Shown here one piece after another: positions 36,499 through 48,602 of a stretch of DNA of 64,000 nt. The translations under genes and the position numbers were made by a program. The first letter of the stretch is position 1. Each line of letters starts with the position of its first letter. The notes under the pieces were generated by a model. That model searched no databases. It was given only the letters and a program-made list of their open reading frames with translations, and was not told the origin of the DNA. The stretch is from Harriotta raleighana (Eukaryota), in assembly GCA_050575255.1 (NCBI GenBank), contig JBNZDD010013722.1, positions 1,251,119-1,315,118 on the forward strand, written 5' to 3'.

Positions 36499-38044
36499 CA
36501 AAGATCGTAGAGGAGCAAGATAGCTCACTCTGATACAAATGCATGCGATTGGGTGTAGTATGGACTGGAGCGAAACATCCGCCATTTTAGTAAGCAAGCT
36601 CTTATGGAATCTTACCGCTCGCTGTACGCTTTAGAGCACAAGTACAGTAGCAGTGCTCTACTATCTTTGTTATATAACATTATATAATGTTATATAAACA
36701 TTATATAATTTCTCCATGTAATAAAAATAAGAATAATAAATGATTAATAACTATAACTATAATTAATATTAATAATTTAATATTATTATTTTTATTGCAT
36801 GGAGAAATTATATAATGTTTAATCTTAATAATAATTAAATAATTATAATGAAATTATTAATAATTATTCTAATTCCCACATATTTATTAAATGATTATGT
36901 GATGATATATCCCACTCTTGAATTTGCAGTTAAGCATAATTTTAATGAAATCAGTATATGATTCATAGAAACTTATGAAACTGTTCTAATTATTAACTTC
37001 AACCTATAGTGGAATGCAGAAGGTCTAATATTTAGTTGTATTTGTAAAGATGATACAGTATTAGGCAGTCAAATTTAACTGAAGAAGAAACAAATCTAAT
37101 ATGTTTTGGAACGTTATGAGAAAATTGCATGCACAAAACACATTATATTTAAGCGCTCTGAGACATCGTACGGCGTGCCTAATTTTAATTACTTTTTTAT
37201 GTAGGCTTTAAAAACATTATATAATTTCTCCATGTAATAAAAAATAATAATTAATAATCACATTGTAATTAAATTATTAATAGTATTACAATTACATTAT
37301 GAATCATTAATAAATTATTATATTATTATTTTTATTACATGGAGAAATTATAAAATGTTTTTAAAGCCTATAAACAAAGATAGAATATAAATATAAATCA
37401 AAGTTGTTGTTTTATAGATTCTTATGACAACTACAAGGAGCTTGCAATGTATTTTAATGAATAATATAAAAGTAAAGCTGTGTTGACTTGAAAATGCTGG
37501 CCATCAAAGAATCAAGGCTGATATTCAGACAAGCTAAAAGCAAAAATCAGCCAGTCAAAGTGGCAGAAAGGATAGAACATCATTAAATGGAAATACAAAA
37601 ATAAAAGAAATGTGCATTTGTTTCATATGTATTTCTGGTTGTTGTTTTTTCAAAATGAGAACAATAGCAAATAGATAGCGCAAGAAACATTTTGTTAGTA
37701 AAAAGATGCTGAGAAATATATGCTGGAAGATTCTTTTGGGAGATTGTAAAATTAGGTGGGAAATTGCATCAATTATCTGTTCCTATTTCCAACTTTCCTT
37801 TTCTCTGTTAATGTTATCCTTTACCTTTCTCTCAAAATACCATGAGAGAGATACTAATAAAATATCTTTAAAACATTTTAATATCTAGCCACACAAATTA
37901 ACAGAAAAAATGTAAAACACATAGTAACTGTTTCATAATCATAAACAAATAAGGAATTTGCTTACTAAAATGGCGGCCGAGTGCTTCCTGTGGATACTAC
38001 ATGAATTTGGTAGAGTGAGCTATCTTGCTCCTCTACGATCTTTG
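36499..38044. mobile_element. Non-autonomous DNA transposon, 1546 bp, perfect 33-bp TIRs, 8-bp TSD (P- or hAT-superfamily-like)
   Basis: caaagatcgtagaggagcaagatagctcactct (36499-36531) and its exact reverse complement (38012-38044). TSD ttatggac (36491-36498) / ctatggac (38045-38052). Subterminal inverted ccgccattttagtaagcaa. Confidence 0.92.
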
Positions 38045-38178
38045 CTATGGACTGAGTGGCCTTCTTTTTTGCCATAGATATCTCAGATTCTATGGATGTA
38101 AAATATAACAGTGTACATAAATTAACAGCTAGTCACATAGCTTTTGTTTCATTAAGTAGTTTGCACATTTCCTATATA

Positions 38179-38566
38179 CAGTAAAAGCTTGGTTACCCGG
38201 AACGCTCAACCAACCGATATCTCCCAATACAATTCAATGTATTCCAAAGCATTCCCGCAACTCTCATAGTGGAGCTATCCGGCATACTTCCGGTATGCTC
38301 ACTTTGCGCATGCGCACTAATTAAACTTATCGAAAGCTGGAATTTTCATTTTACCGATCATTTTACCGAGTGTGCTGGAATGCTTTATTGGTAAGTATCC
38401 ATGCAATATTCTGTTATTATTTAGTCTATTATTAATATGGCATGTTTTAAAATATTTTTTTTTATTTGTGTAGGATTTTCGGCAACTTGGCGCTCAAATT
38501 TCCGGGATATTTGATTAACCGGCACCGGGCAGGTCCCGAGGGTACCGGATAACAAAGCTTTTACTG
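38179..38566. mobile_element. Tigger/pogo-type MITE (family A), complete
   Basis: TA|cagtaaaagcttggttacccgg ... ccggataacaaagcttttactg|TA (20/22 TIR match). Confidence 0.9.
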
Positions 38567-40254
38567 TATGTTAGTTTACATCAAGTAGATTTGTATTTCA
38601 GGAAACGACCTGCACTTCTTAGACCATCATCTTTCATTATTATCCTACTTATCTTATTGTTTTCCGATCTCTTATAGATAACTTGATGCTGTACAAATGA
38701 TTGTGGTTTCACTGTTTTCTCTCTCTATTGCAGTCCCCCACTGCTAAAGCAAATTTGAGTGAAACGCGCCAAATGTGCTGAATTAAACTGAGAAATATAA
38801 GAGTATGGATGTTTGTGAATATGATGTTGCTAAGAGTGTTTGGAGGACAAGGTTCCAACTGTTGGACAATTTGGAGCATTACTCTCTCCAGGGTGTGACA
38901 ATTGATAGACGGGATCAGATAGAGGTGCATAAAATTGTGAAAGATTCAACCAGGTAAAAATAAAGAATACAAAAAAAATCACATATTTACCATGTAATTT
39001 TATTGCTTTTCCTGTTTGTGGAGCTCTGACACTTTCTGTCTGCCTCTCTCCAAATCAATTCTTGTGAAAATGGTTAAGATAAGGGCCCCATACCTCCCAG
39101 ACTAGTTCTATTGATTTCAATGAGAGATGGAGGCTTAGAATAACTGAAATCCACAAGACACACTAAGTAACCAGACAGAAATGATATTTTTCTGGCTCAG
39201 GGAGTTGCAGATTACCTACAAAATATTTTTCAATGAGCTGATAGCTCAATTCATCCTTTTCCAAGGACAGAAGCTTGGAGAGCAGGCTATCAACAGTCTT
39301 CTGCAACAATGTTGCACCAGTAGAGTATCTTGGAGTAGTTGAAAGCCCTGACTTTTTAAACCTGTTTTACAAAGGGAAATATTAAACTGAATGGGACGTG
39401 AGCAGAAGAGAATAATTAGATTAGGAAGCAAAGTGGAGAAAACACCAGACCAGATCCTACCTTCTGGTGTTCAGAACTTTACTCATACTGGAGGAACAGT
39501 CTGACCAGAGCAATCGTCAACTTGTGCATGTCTTCTGGGGATCAGAATTCAACTGAATTGACAATGCAGTCCCATGTCCTGTTTATCTTATTTAATGCTG
39601 CCCCTCACTGTTTCAATATTGAACTGTGAGCACCAAAAACTGGGTCATTGCTGTGCACAAATTGACTGATATATTTGACCTCAAAATACTTACAGTCACT
39701 ACTTTATAGTATATCCTGTGAAACGCTTTGAGACATCTTCCTGACATCAAAAGCACAATAACCCAAATCCAAGAATTATTATTAATAATGCATTTAATAC
39801 AAAACAACAGCAACATTACATTACCTCTTATCCCCCCTTTCTTCCCTCTTCTTCACCCTACCCTTACCACTCCCACCCTGCTCTGGTCCCTACCTTGGGA
39901 CATTATTGTATTCTGTGAAGCGCTTTGAGATGTTAATAAGATGTGGAAACTGCTATATAAATGTAAGGAATATTATCATTATATTATTGTATGGAGCCTT
40001 ATCACATCTTCTAGATGTCTCAAAGAACATAAGGAGTATAGCAGGAGTAGGCCATTCGGCCCCTTTAGCCTGCACATTTATGGGTGAAATGTAGCAGCCA
40101 AATTGTGCACAGCAGTATTCCCCAAACAGTTGTTGACTGAGTGACTAAACTATTACTATTTTTATTTATTATAACCGGAAATGCGATCCGCTAATTAATT
40201 TAAAAAGGGTTCACATTTTACTGCTAACTAAACACACTCATGTGGAGTGATGAT

Positions 40255-40356
40255 AAAATGGTTGGACAAAACACATTATTATTATTACTTAATTATATTT
40301 ACTTATTAATAAATCATTACTATTATAACTCCTAATGTGTTTTGTCCAACCATTTT
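40255..40356. repeat. Perfect 24-bp inverted repeat around a 54-bp AT-rich spacer
   Basis: aaaatggttggacaaaacacatta (40255-40278) / taatgtgttttgtccaaccatttt (40333-40356). Confidence 0.9.
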
Positions 40357-40734
40357 TGAATAGTCTTATTATTAGTGCCAGTTTATCAATGATTGTAAGA
40401 ACTATGATATAATAATATTATATTATTCTTTTTTCTCCACTGGCATATCTCTCTCTGGACTATGTTGTGTCACAGCTGTGTCTGAGCACTTCCTACCTGG
40501 TTGCTACAGAAGCGCAAAACCAACACAGGATGATGTAGAAGGACCAGGAGCAAGAATCTGGCTGGTTTTCCTCTCTTGATCCCCAGGAAGACTGTAACCA
40601 ATTTAATCTCCCAGTGCACCAACATGAAGATTAACAGACCCAAAAATTCAGCACAACAAAATATTTGAACCAGCAAATGCCCAGTCTGTGCGCTGTAGTT
40701 CTGTTCACTTCATCATTGAGGCTGCCACCAGTGC

Positions 40735-40932
40735 TTGTGAAAATGGAGAAACCTCTGTTGATAGGACTACAGTTGGAAGATTTTTATTTTAGACAATTAT
40801 TTGGGGAGGACGAGTTTGCAGAGATGTGGGGAGAAAGTAGTGGTGGGGTTGATTTGAACAGCTCTTTCCAAAGAACTAGCACAAACATGATGAGCTGAAT
40901 GGCCTCCTGTATAATTCTATGATACTATGATT
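40735..40932 (+). mobile_element. CR1 3' end
   Basis: gaacagctctttccaaagaactagcacaaacatgatgagctgaatggcctcctgtataattctatgatactatgat. Confidence 0.75.
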
Positions 40933-41237
40933 TTTTTCTCAACAGTTGTAGAAATAAGAGATATGTGGACCAGTTCAACAACAAACGTAGCTGATGATAA
41001 GCCATTATACATTTATATTGCCAAGGGTGATTTTACAGTGCAGTCAGATGGAGCAAGATATCCAATTTATTCTTACTGCTCTACATCACATCGAATTAGG
41101 ACCACACAAAACAGGCATCTAATTTAAACACCAAAAATGAAGCAACATACAATTATACACATTGTTACAGCACAGATTCAGCCCAACTGGTTTCAGCCAG
41201 TGTTCATGCTCCACGTGAGTCTCCCACCCCTATTCAT

Positions 41238-41585
41238 GGAGTCCTGTAGCTCAGTGATTAGAGCACTCACCTCGCAAGCGAAGGATCTTGGTTTCCTTGC
41301 CGCCATGGCAAAAAGTTTCCTTATTCCACCCACCTTTGTTTACCAAACAGTAAGTATCAATTGAGTTGTTTCTGTTGGTTGAATGGCAACAGGGGTAATA
41401 ATTCCTTAAAAAATAATTGGTCACTCAAATCCATGACCTGATTGTGGGACACTGCTTTGCACGATTGGCTGCTGTGTATCACACACAAAATATAGTCAAC
41501 TATCTTAACAATATGTTGTGTGAAACCTTTGAGACATCTCGAAGGCATAATAAGATGCAACACCAAATGCAAGGATTATTATTAT
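41238..41585 (+). mobile_element. tRNA/L2-tail SINE, full length (long variant)
   Basis: ggagtcctgtagctcagtgattagagcactcacctcgcaag...ccaaatgcaaggattattatt. Confidence 0.9.
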
Positions 41586-42594
41586 TTCCCTTCCATTACC
41601 CTGTATTCCCTTCTTCATCATGGTTTGGGAAGAACAAAACAATGTTACATTAGTTAGATAGTAATTGATTATTATTCATTAACCTTCCAGAAGTTGTTGA
41701 GAACTGCCTCAATATTGCCAACAAAACAAGAAGATGACCTTATTTCTGCAGTGTACACTGGTGTAGTGTAGTTTTGTCAGCCAGGTGTCGGAATTCCATA
41801 ATCATACTTAGGAGTCCTCAAAACAGTGTGTGTCTTGTAAAAACTCTGTTGGCTCAAAGTTAAGCAGTTATAGTTACTGGTCTTACTTAATGTACCAGGT
41901 TGATGTTGCACTTATCCAGGACAATTAACAAGAGAGCATTCTGAATGCTCCCACCGCAGGTATAATTGGAAGGAATGCATGTAGAATTGTTCTGCTGTAT
42001 TTCACAGATCAAGTGGGGACAAGACTAAAGCATAATACACCTATCTTCACACTTTACTGAAAACAGATGGAGAACACTTATTGGAAAATGTTCACACAAC
42101 TACCATTGAACATTTTTTCCATAAATAACATGAAAATCATAAGATAACAAGAGCAGTAAAGATGAAGTGCTTTTTCCCATTTAATGTTACCTTTCAAAAA
42201 TAACCACTCCACTTCTTTCCTATCCACATCCAATGGTTTATACTCTGGTCTTGTGGTCTGACCGCCCTTCTTAGTAGCCTGCTCTACTTGTTAATGAAAT
42301 ACTTTCTGGTATCTGGTCTGAAATTGCTCTTCACAACTCTGAAACAAGTGTTCATGTAAATGTAAATGTAAATCTTTGCAAGATTGGTTTAGATTATCTC
42401 ACCCTTCCAGAAGACTTCACCGAGCATCATCTAGTTTATTTTTGAAAATGAGTTCAATGTTTTGGCCTCATTCACCCTTCCTTCTAGTCATTAATTATCT
42501 TCTGGATAAAGAAATATTTTCTGATGTCTGTCCTGGGTGTCTTTGAATCTCTAACCCTCATGCTGCACTGTCTTTGTCCATCAAAGCATAGCAC

Positions 42595-42792
42595 ACAAGT
42601 TGCTGGAAACACTCAGCAGATCAGGCAGCATCTATGGAGAAAGGAAAGTGAGTCAACTATGTTCTGACAATGGGTCATGGATCCAAAATATTGATTCACT
42701 TTCCTTTCTCCATAGATGCTGCCTGATCTGTTGAGTGTTCTCAGCGACTTCTGTTTTTGTTTCAAATTTCTGGCTTCTGCAGTATTTTGCAT
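42595..42792. mobile_element. Penelope-derived inverted-repeat (hairpin) element
   Basis: About 55-bp arms gctggaaacactcagcagatcaggcagcatctatggagaaaggaaagtgagtcaa (42602-42656) / ttgattcactttcctttctccatagatgctgcctgatctgttgagtgttctcagc (42691-42745); PLE end ...ctgcagtattttgc. Confidence 0.8.
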
Positions 42793-43992
42793 GTTTAGAT
42801 TCAAAGCAGATATAGGCCAGTATGGTGACTACCTCAAATTGCTTAGGACTCAATTATTTTGACAAAGTTGGAAGGGGTTGGGGTAGCTTCACTAATTATT
42901 AACCTGGACAGCACATGAGCAGAGTGTCTGATGATGTGCTGATTATCACCAGTTTCAATTTAGTACACCGAATGTATGTTGCAATGTCACCCAGAACTGG
43001 CAACATACACAATATCCACTTTAAACTGCAGACAAAAAACAAGCTGTTAAAATTGCCTTTGCTCTTGAGTAAAAATAACATTAATGCTGAAAGTACGGTG
43101 GCATTTTTATAATAACTATAATGGATGAACATTATGGAATTTGCAGACTCCCTGGTTAAATTGCTTTTCTCAGCACTGTCACAGGATTACATTTAATATC
43201 TCCATGAAAGGCCAATTACGCCATAACGAAAATGTGTCAAGAAATAACACTCACTACCTCTATGTCCCAATACTATATTATTACTTGTACTTTAGCGCAG
43301 GAAAAATGTATTTATGTTAACCATTATAATGGTTCGAGGAGAGAGTAGCTACCAGAGTCATTGTTTTTTTTTATGTATTATGTTGCAAGACGTGTTTGTC
43401 ATCTGAGAGATTTGAGTGCAGGAGAAAGGTGATCATTGCAATAGCATGATGATCAAGGGGAAAAACCCAGTTAGGAAATGGCAAACAATTCCAAAGACAG
43501 TAACTTTTTGTTACTATTCTTACAAGATAAGCCTCAGTATGGTACTTATCACTCTATCTTAAGGAATTATAATTAAGGAATGACCTGGATTTTTCTTTGA
43601 AGACCAGCACGCAGGTCACTAAACATGCCAGTAGTTCGTCAAATGAATGAGCAAATGAATTATTTCGAATTGGGAAGAACAATTCTAATATACATCGCTA
43701 TGTGTTGCCATTCTTTTTCTAATTGTTTAACAAATGTTGAATCTCGGATAATCTATTTATCATGCAAATCTGGCACCAAATCGTCATGATTTGTCAGCTA
43801 TTCGATAGCAAAAGTCTGGCATAAATGAAGGCACAAAGTGAGTACTATATAAGGCTGCATCTTCTGTGCACTTGAAACTGAAAATACTGCCCATAAACAG
43901 ATAAATAATTATAAAACATGTGCTTAACTAAAGAATCAAAGAAACCAAGGTTTAATGAGCCTCAAAATGATATGAGGGTGCTTGAGATCATT

Positions 43993-44288
43993 TCCTGTAG
44001 CTCAGTGGTTACAGCACTCACCTTATGGGAGACCAGGGTTCAATTCCAGGCAGAGTAAACCTTGGGCGAGTTTCCTTACCCCAAATGCCTGATAATAATT
44101 CCTCAAAATAAAACAATAATAAATTGGTCATTTCAATCCATGAATGTTTGTGGTACACTGCTGTGCTCAATTGGCTGCCGTGTTTCGCCCACAAATATAC
44201 TTTACAGTATATTCTATGAAGCACTTTGAGACATCTAGAAGACATGAAAAGTGATACATCAAATGCAAGGATTATTATTGTTATTATC
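43993..44288 (+). mobile_element. tRNA/L2-tail SINE, full length
   Basis: A box tagctcagtggtt, B box gggttcaattcc, body and tail atcaaatgcaaggattattattg. Confidence 0.92.
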
Positions 44289-44970
44289 ATTCCCCAAAAT
44301 AACCAAACAAAGTCCACCCAATGCACAAATCAGAAAGCAGAAGAATTATAGTCACTGAGAAGTATTTCAATTCTTTAGTTTTTTGTCATATTGTCACCTG
44401 ACTGGAGATGTGTAAGCATTGATGTACTTTTTCAAACAAATTCAGCTCTTAATTCACTCAAGGACACATCTGTCACGCCTTCACTTCAGAAAGATGCAGT
44501 TTTGCACCAGTTGAAAAACTAACCAGATTTATACACAAATCATTAGCTTTAGAACTGCGGCAGCTGTGTCAGCAGAGAAACAGAGAGGCTGCCTTAACAT
44601 GCATAACATGGATAGTTTATTCTGAGATTAATTTTCAAGCCACTTTGTTAGGCATGGTGTTAATTATGTGGTTTTGGTGAAATTCAAAGAGTTGTCAACA
44701 ACTTGCCTTTATTTTGTACCCTACACATCTCAAAGCCCTTAATAACGATGGTGGTAAACTCTTATCTGTAAAGAAAATATTCCTTGAAATTGGGACAGAT
44801 GCATTCCAGAAGATATGATATACCTGCAAATGTGTTTGCTATTGCATCAGATACATGGAACGAGCTATTATGTCATCAATCGGGATTTTCTCACTGCATT
44901 CAACCACTGACAGCAAGATTGCACTATTGATTTGAACTCTGGGTGGATTTGAACTAAATGAAAATGAATA

Positions 44971-45445
44971 CAGTAAAAGCCCGTTTAAGCCCGAGACCTG
45001 GCCAATGCTGGTTAAATGGCAATGCCGAAAACTCAACACGATTAAAAAATAAATTAATTAACCATATTAATAATAGACTAAATAATAACAGAATATTGTA
45101 TCGGTACTTTATTGTAAATTTTGTACAATGTACTATATAAATAATAGACTAAATACACTAATAACAGATACTATAATAACAATATTGTATTAGTACTTTA
45201 TTATTTATACTTAACTTCTGCAATGGCGGCCGTCATGGGAGGAAATAAATGACAGCGCGACATTAAGGCTTTACTAGCGGCAAGCCAAAATATCTGTACA
45301 GTACTCTCAAGCGATATCTATTCATTAAATGCACCACTGCTATTCTGCCGGATAACTTCCGGTTAATTCGATGGGGACTATTTTTGACGTGCTGGTTAAA
45401 CGGACGTTCCAGTTCATCGAGTCACGGATAAACGGGCTTTTACTG
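44971..45445. mobile_element. Tigger/pogo-type MITE (family A), complete
   Basis: TA|cagtaaaagcccgttta ... taaacgggcttttactg|TA (17-bp perfect TIR); reverse orientation relative to 58921-59513. Confidence 0.9.
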
Positions 45446-46204
45446 TATTAATGTCTACTCATTTTATTACTGATAATAATAATCCTTGCATTTAATATAG
45501 CTCATTATGATGTCTTTGATGCGTCACAAAGTACTAAAGAAAATATACTGTAAAGTGAATTGACTGTATGTTTTGTAGGCGAAACGTAGCAGTTAATTGT
45601 GCTCAGAATTGATGGAGTCCAACTGGGAAATGACGAAGGTTGTGGATGAGGATTTTGCCTGCTTTGGTTCTGAGGTACAGAAAGAGACTGGCAAAGTGCC
45701 GGAGGTAGAAAAAAGTGGTACTACATGCAGTAGTCCTTTACAGGGAGTTCAGTGAATTAAGCGAAAATGTTCCCTTCAACCCATTATTTCCTTTCAGTGA
45801 GCACCATTGCTGACTCTGATTGGCAGCATGTTGTGTAAGTGCTCACAAAGCAAAGACATTAATCTGTTTGATTGTATCCTGGCTGCAGAATTCTCAGGTA
45901 ATCGGGAACAAATTATTTCTCAATAAAAGTCCAATGGTGACATCAAGCGATTAGCTGTTCAGTAATAAAGCCTTCTACTAAAGAGACCCGAGAGTCAGAA
46001 TGCACAAGAAGAAATCTCTTCCTCTCTAATTTAATTTTATTGAGACAAAGTAGAAGCATTTTGTAATTAAAGGAAAGATATTTTTGAAAGCCAGGAAGAT
46101 TTGATTTTCTGATGTAATAATCCTTGCATTTAATACAGCAGGAAGATATCGCAAAGCATTTCACAGAATTTAAAGTAAATTATAGTAAATGTGCATTTTC
46201 AATT

Positions 46205-46425
46205 CCCAAAGGCAAGTTTCTTTACTCCACTTAATAATCCCTTAAAAAAGAAATTTGGTCATTTCAATCCACGACTGGTTGTGGGACACTACTCTGCGTG
46301 ATTGGCTGCTGTGTTTGGACCACACCAATACAATCAATTCACTTTGCAGTATATTCTATGAAGCACTTTGAGAAATCTAGGATATGTAAAATGCGCTTCA
46401 TCAAATGCAAGTATTATTAGTATTT
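46205..46425 (+). mobile_element. SINE (5'-truncated); an opposite-strand SINE tail lies at about 46110-46180
   Basis: ggcaagtttctttactccac...ggtcatttcaatccacgactggttgtgggacac...tcaaatgcaag. Confidence 0.85.
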
Positions 46426-46469
46426 TCTCAGTGATTCCAGCATCCAGATGTCTCACAAACAGCTGTTTG

Positions 46470-47065
46470 AATTACCAATTTTTATCAATTTTCTAATGCA
46501 TTCCTCGCCAGTTTACCAGCTCCACTATTCAGAAGATCCAGCTAATTCAGAACTCTGCAGCCAATAAACTTACCTGGACAAAGCTGGTGATAGAAACCTG
46601 CCCATCCCTCACACTCTCCGCCCCACCATCAGAGATTGTGCTTTTCACCAAAATGTCCCAAAGCTAGGAACACTGTCCCTCAATCCCTCCACCTTGTCGC
46701 TTCTCTCCCCATTATCACATCCCACCGAAAGCCTTCCTCATCAACCATGTTCTTCTTCCTTTCCCCTCATCCCTCTCCCTCCAAGAGCCACACCAATCGG
46801 ACTTCAGTGTTGCCCATAGCAAGAAACTGCTCTTGTCCATGTCACAAATGATATCCTGACCTTCTGTGAGCAGGGCTCCTTCAACACCATGGACCATTCA
46901 ATTCTCCTTCACCACCTCTCCTGTCATTTCAACCTTCAAGGTTCTGTCCTTGACTGGGTCAGGTCCTATCTCTTACACTGTCTCCAATGGCTTTTCTTCT
47001 AACCCCCGCACCATCTTGTGTGGCTATCCTCTGGGCTCTGTCCTTGGCCCCTCTGATTCATTCTC
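46470..47065 (+). mobile_element. Patchwork of L2 fragments
   Basis: tccactattcagaagatccagctaattcagaactctgcagcc (IQKIQLIQNSAA); ctgggctctgtccttggccc (GSVLGP). Confidence 0.65.
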
Positions 47066-47067
47066 TA

Positions 47068-47610
47068 CTACAACAACAACAACAACTTGGATTTACATAG
47101 CGCTCTCCACCCTAGATGGTGTCTCAGAGTAGTTCACAATAACGAAAGGGTTAAAAGATGACTAAAAGTGCATTCGAAAAGATCTTCAGTTGTGACCTAT
47201 AAATATGAAAAGAGGGGGGAGGCGAAGGGAGTGAGGAAGGGAGTTCCAGAGCCTTGAGGCACAGTGGCTGAAGGCATGGCCACCAAAAATGGAATGGAGG
47301 ATTCGGGGGGCAGGGAGGATACCAGACCCAGTAGAGCGAATGCAACAGGTGCTGTTGTGCGGAGAGAAGAGGTCGGAGAGGTAGGGGAGTGCAGAAGAGT
47401 GGAAGGATTTGAAAACAAGAGTGAGTATCTTGAAATTGATCTGCTCTGAGACAGGGAGCAAGTGAAGTCTGGTAAGGACTGGGGTAATTGGGGATCGAAG
47501 TTTGGCTTGGGTGAGAATGCGGGCATCAGAATTTTGAATAACCTGGATTTTATGAATGGTGGCAAAGGTGAGGACGGCATTGCAATATTCCAGCCGAGAG
47601 GAGACAAAGG
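47068..47610 (-). mobile_element. L2 3' end
   Basis: ORF 47186..47653: AFVSSRLEYCNAVL...IHKIQVIQNSDARILT...ITPVLTRLHLLPVSEQINFKILTLVFKSFH...FGGHAFSHCASRLWNSLP; (aac)n tail at about 47070. Confidence 0.92.
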
Positions 47611-47611
47611 C

Positions 47612-48025
47612 ATCAAATTCAAGATCCTCGTCCTTATTTTGAAGGCGATCCACAGCCTTGACCCTTCCTACCTCTCCGACCTACTGACTCCCAATGAAAC
47701 TGTCCAGCCCCACTGTTCATCGGGTTCCGGCTTTCTCCATGTCTCCCTCCCGACCTGCCCTTTCATCGTGGCCGTACTTTTAGTCTCTCTGCCCCCATAA
47801 TCTGGAACTCCATCCCACAGTCACTTCACCTCTCTTCCTCTCTTGTCTCCTTGAATGCCTCCTTTTCGATTGTGCCTTCTGCTGCCCTCCTACCTCTCTC
47901 CCTCCATTCACCCCTAACCTGGTCCTCCCCCATGCTGAGCTCCTGTCCATTGACTGTTCAGGATCTTGGGACATCCTCCTGATGTCAAAGATACCCTATA
48001 AATTTAGGATTTTGTTGTTGTTATT
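47612..48025 (+). mobile_element. L2 3' end, head-to-head with the previous fragment
   Basis: IKFKILVLILKAIHSLDPSYLSDLL...; tail gggacatcctcctgatgtcaaag...ttttgttgttgtt. Confidence 0.85.
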
Positions 48026-48284
48026 TTGGTGGCCACCTTCCATTCCCCTTCCCTCACCCACCTGGCTTGGAGTCAAGCTCTATACATGGATTGTGAATTC
48101 CTTACATGCAGCTGAACCTGCCTTGACCACTTCACCATGCAAAGTATCCATGCTAACCATCTTATCTCTAATTATTGACTATACAATCTAACTATTGCTT
48201 TTTTTAACAACAGGAAAATATTATGAGATCTAATGCTAAAGCCCTATCATTAACCTTCCATTTCTTTCCAATGTCCTTGAACGA

Positions 48285-48602
48285 GTCGGGAAAAGGAGGA
48301 AGCCGAACACAGTGGAGTGAATGCAATGAGTACTGCTGTGAGGAGAGAGGAGGTTAGAAAGATAAGGGGGTGTCAATGAATGGAACGATTTAAACACTAG
48401 AGTGAGGATCTTGAAGTTGATCCCCTCTGTGAGAAGGAGCCAGTGGAGCTTAGAAAGCAATGGAGTAATCAGTGTACAACATTTTGTGGGGGTTAGAATC
48501 CGAGCGGTGGATTGTTGAATGAGCTGAATTTTTTGAATAGTGGAGGAGGGGAAACCGGTGAAGAGGGAGTTAGTGTTAAAGTCGAGAGGTGACAAAGCCT
48601 CC
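48285..48602 (-). mobile_element. L2 3' fragment
   Basis: ORF 48236..48604: NSLFTGFPSSTIQKIQLIQQSTARILT...ITPLLSKLHWL..EGINFKILTLVFKSFHSLTPPYLSNLL. Confidence 0.9.

Noticed and set aside
40470-40580. SEHFLPGCY peptide reminiscent of the THAP CSxHF motif
   Set aside because: It needs a frameshift to supply the Cys and lacks the other THAP hallmarks (C2 N-terminus, AVPTIF), so it is likely chance.
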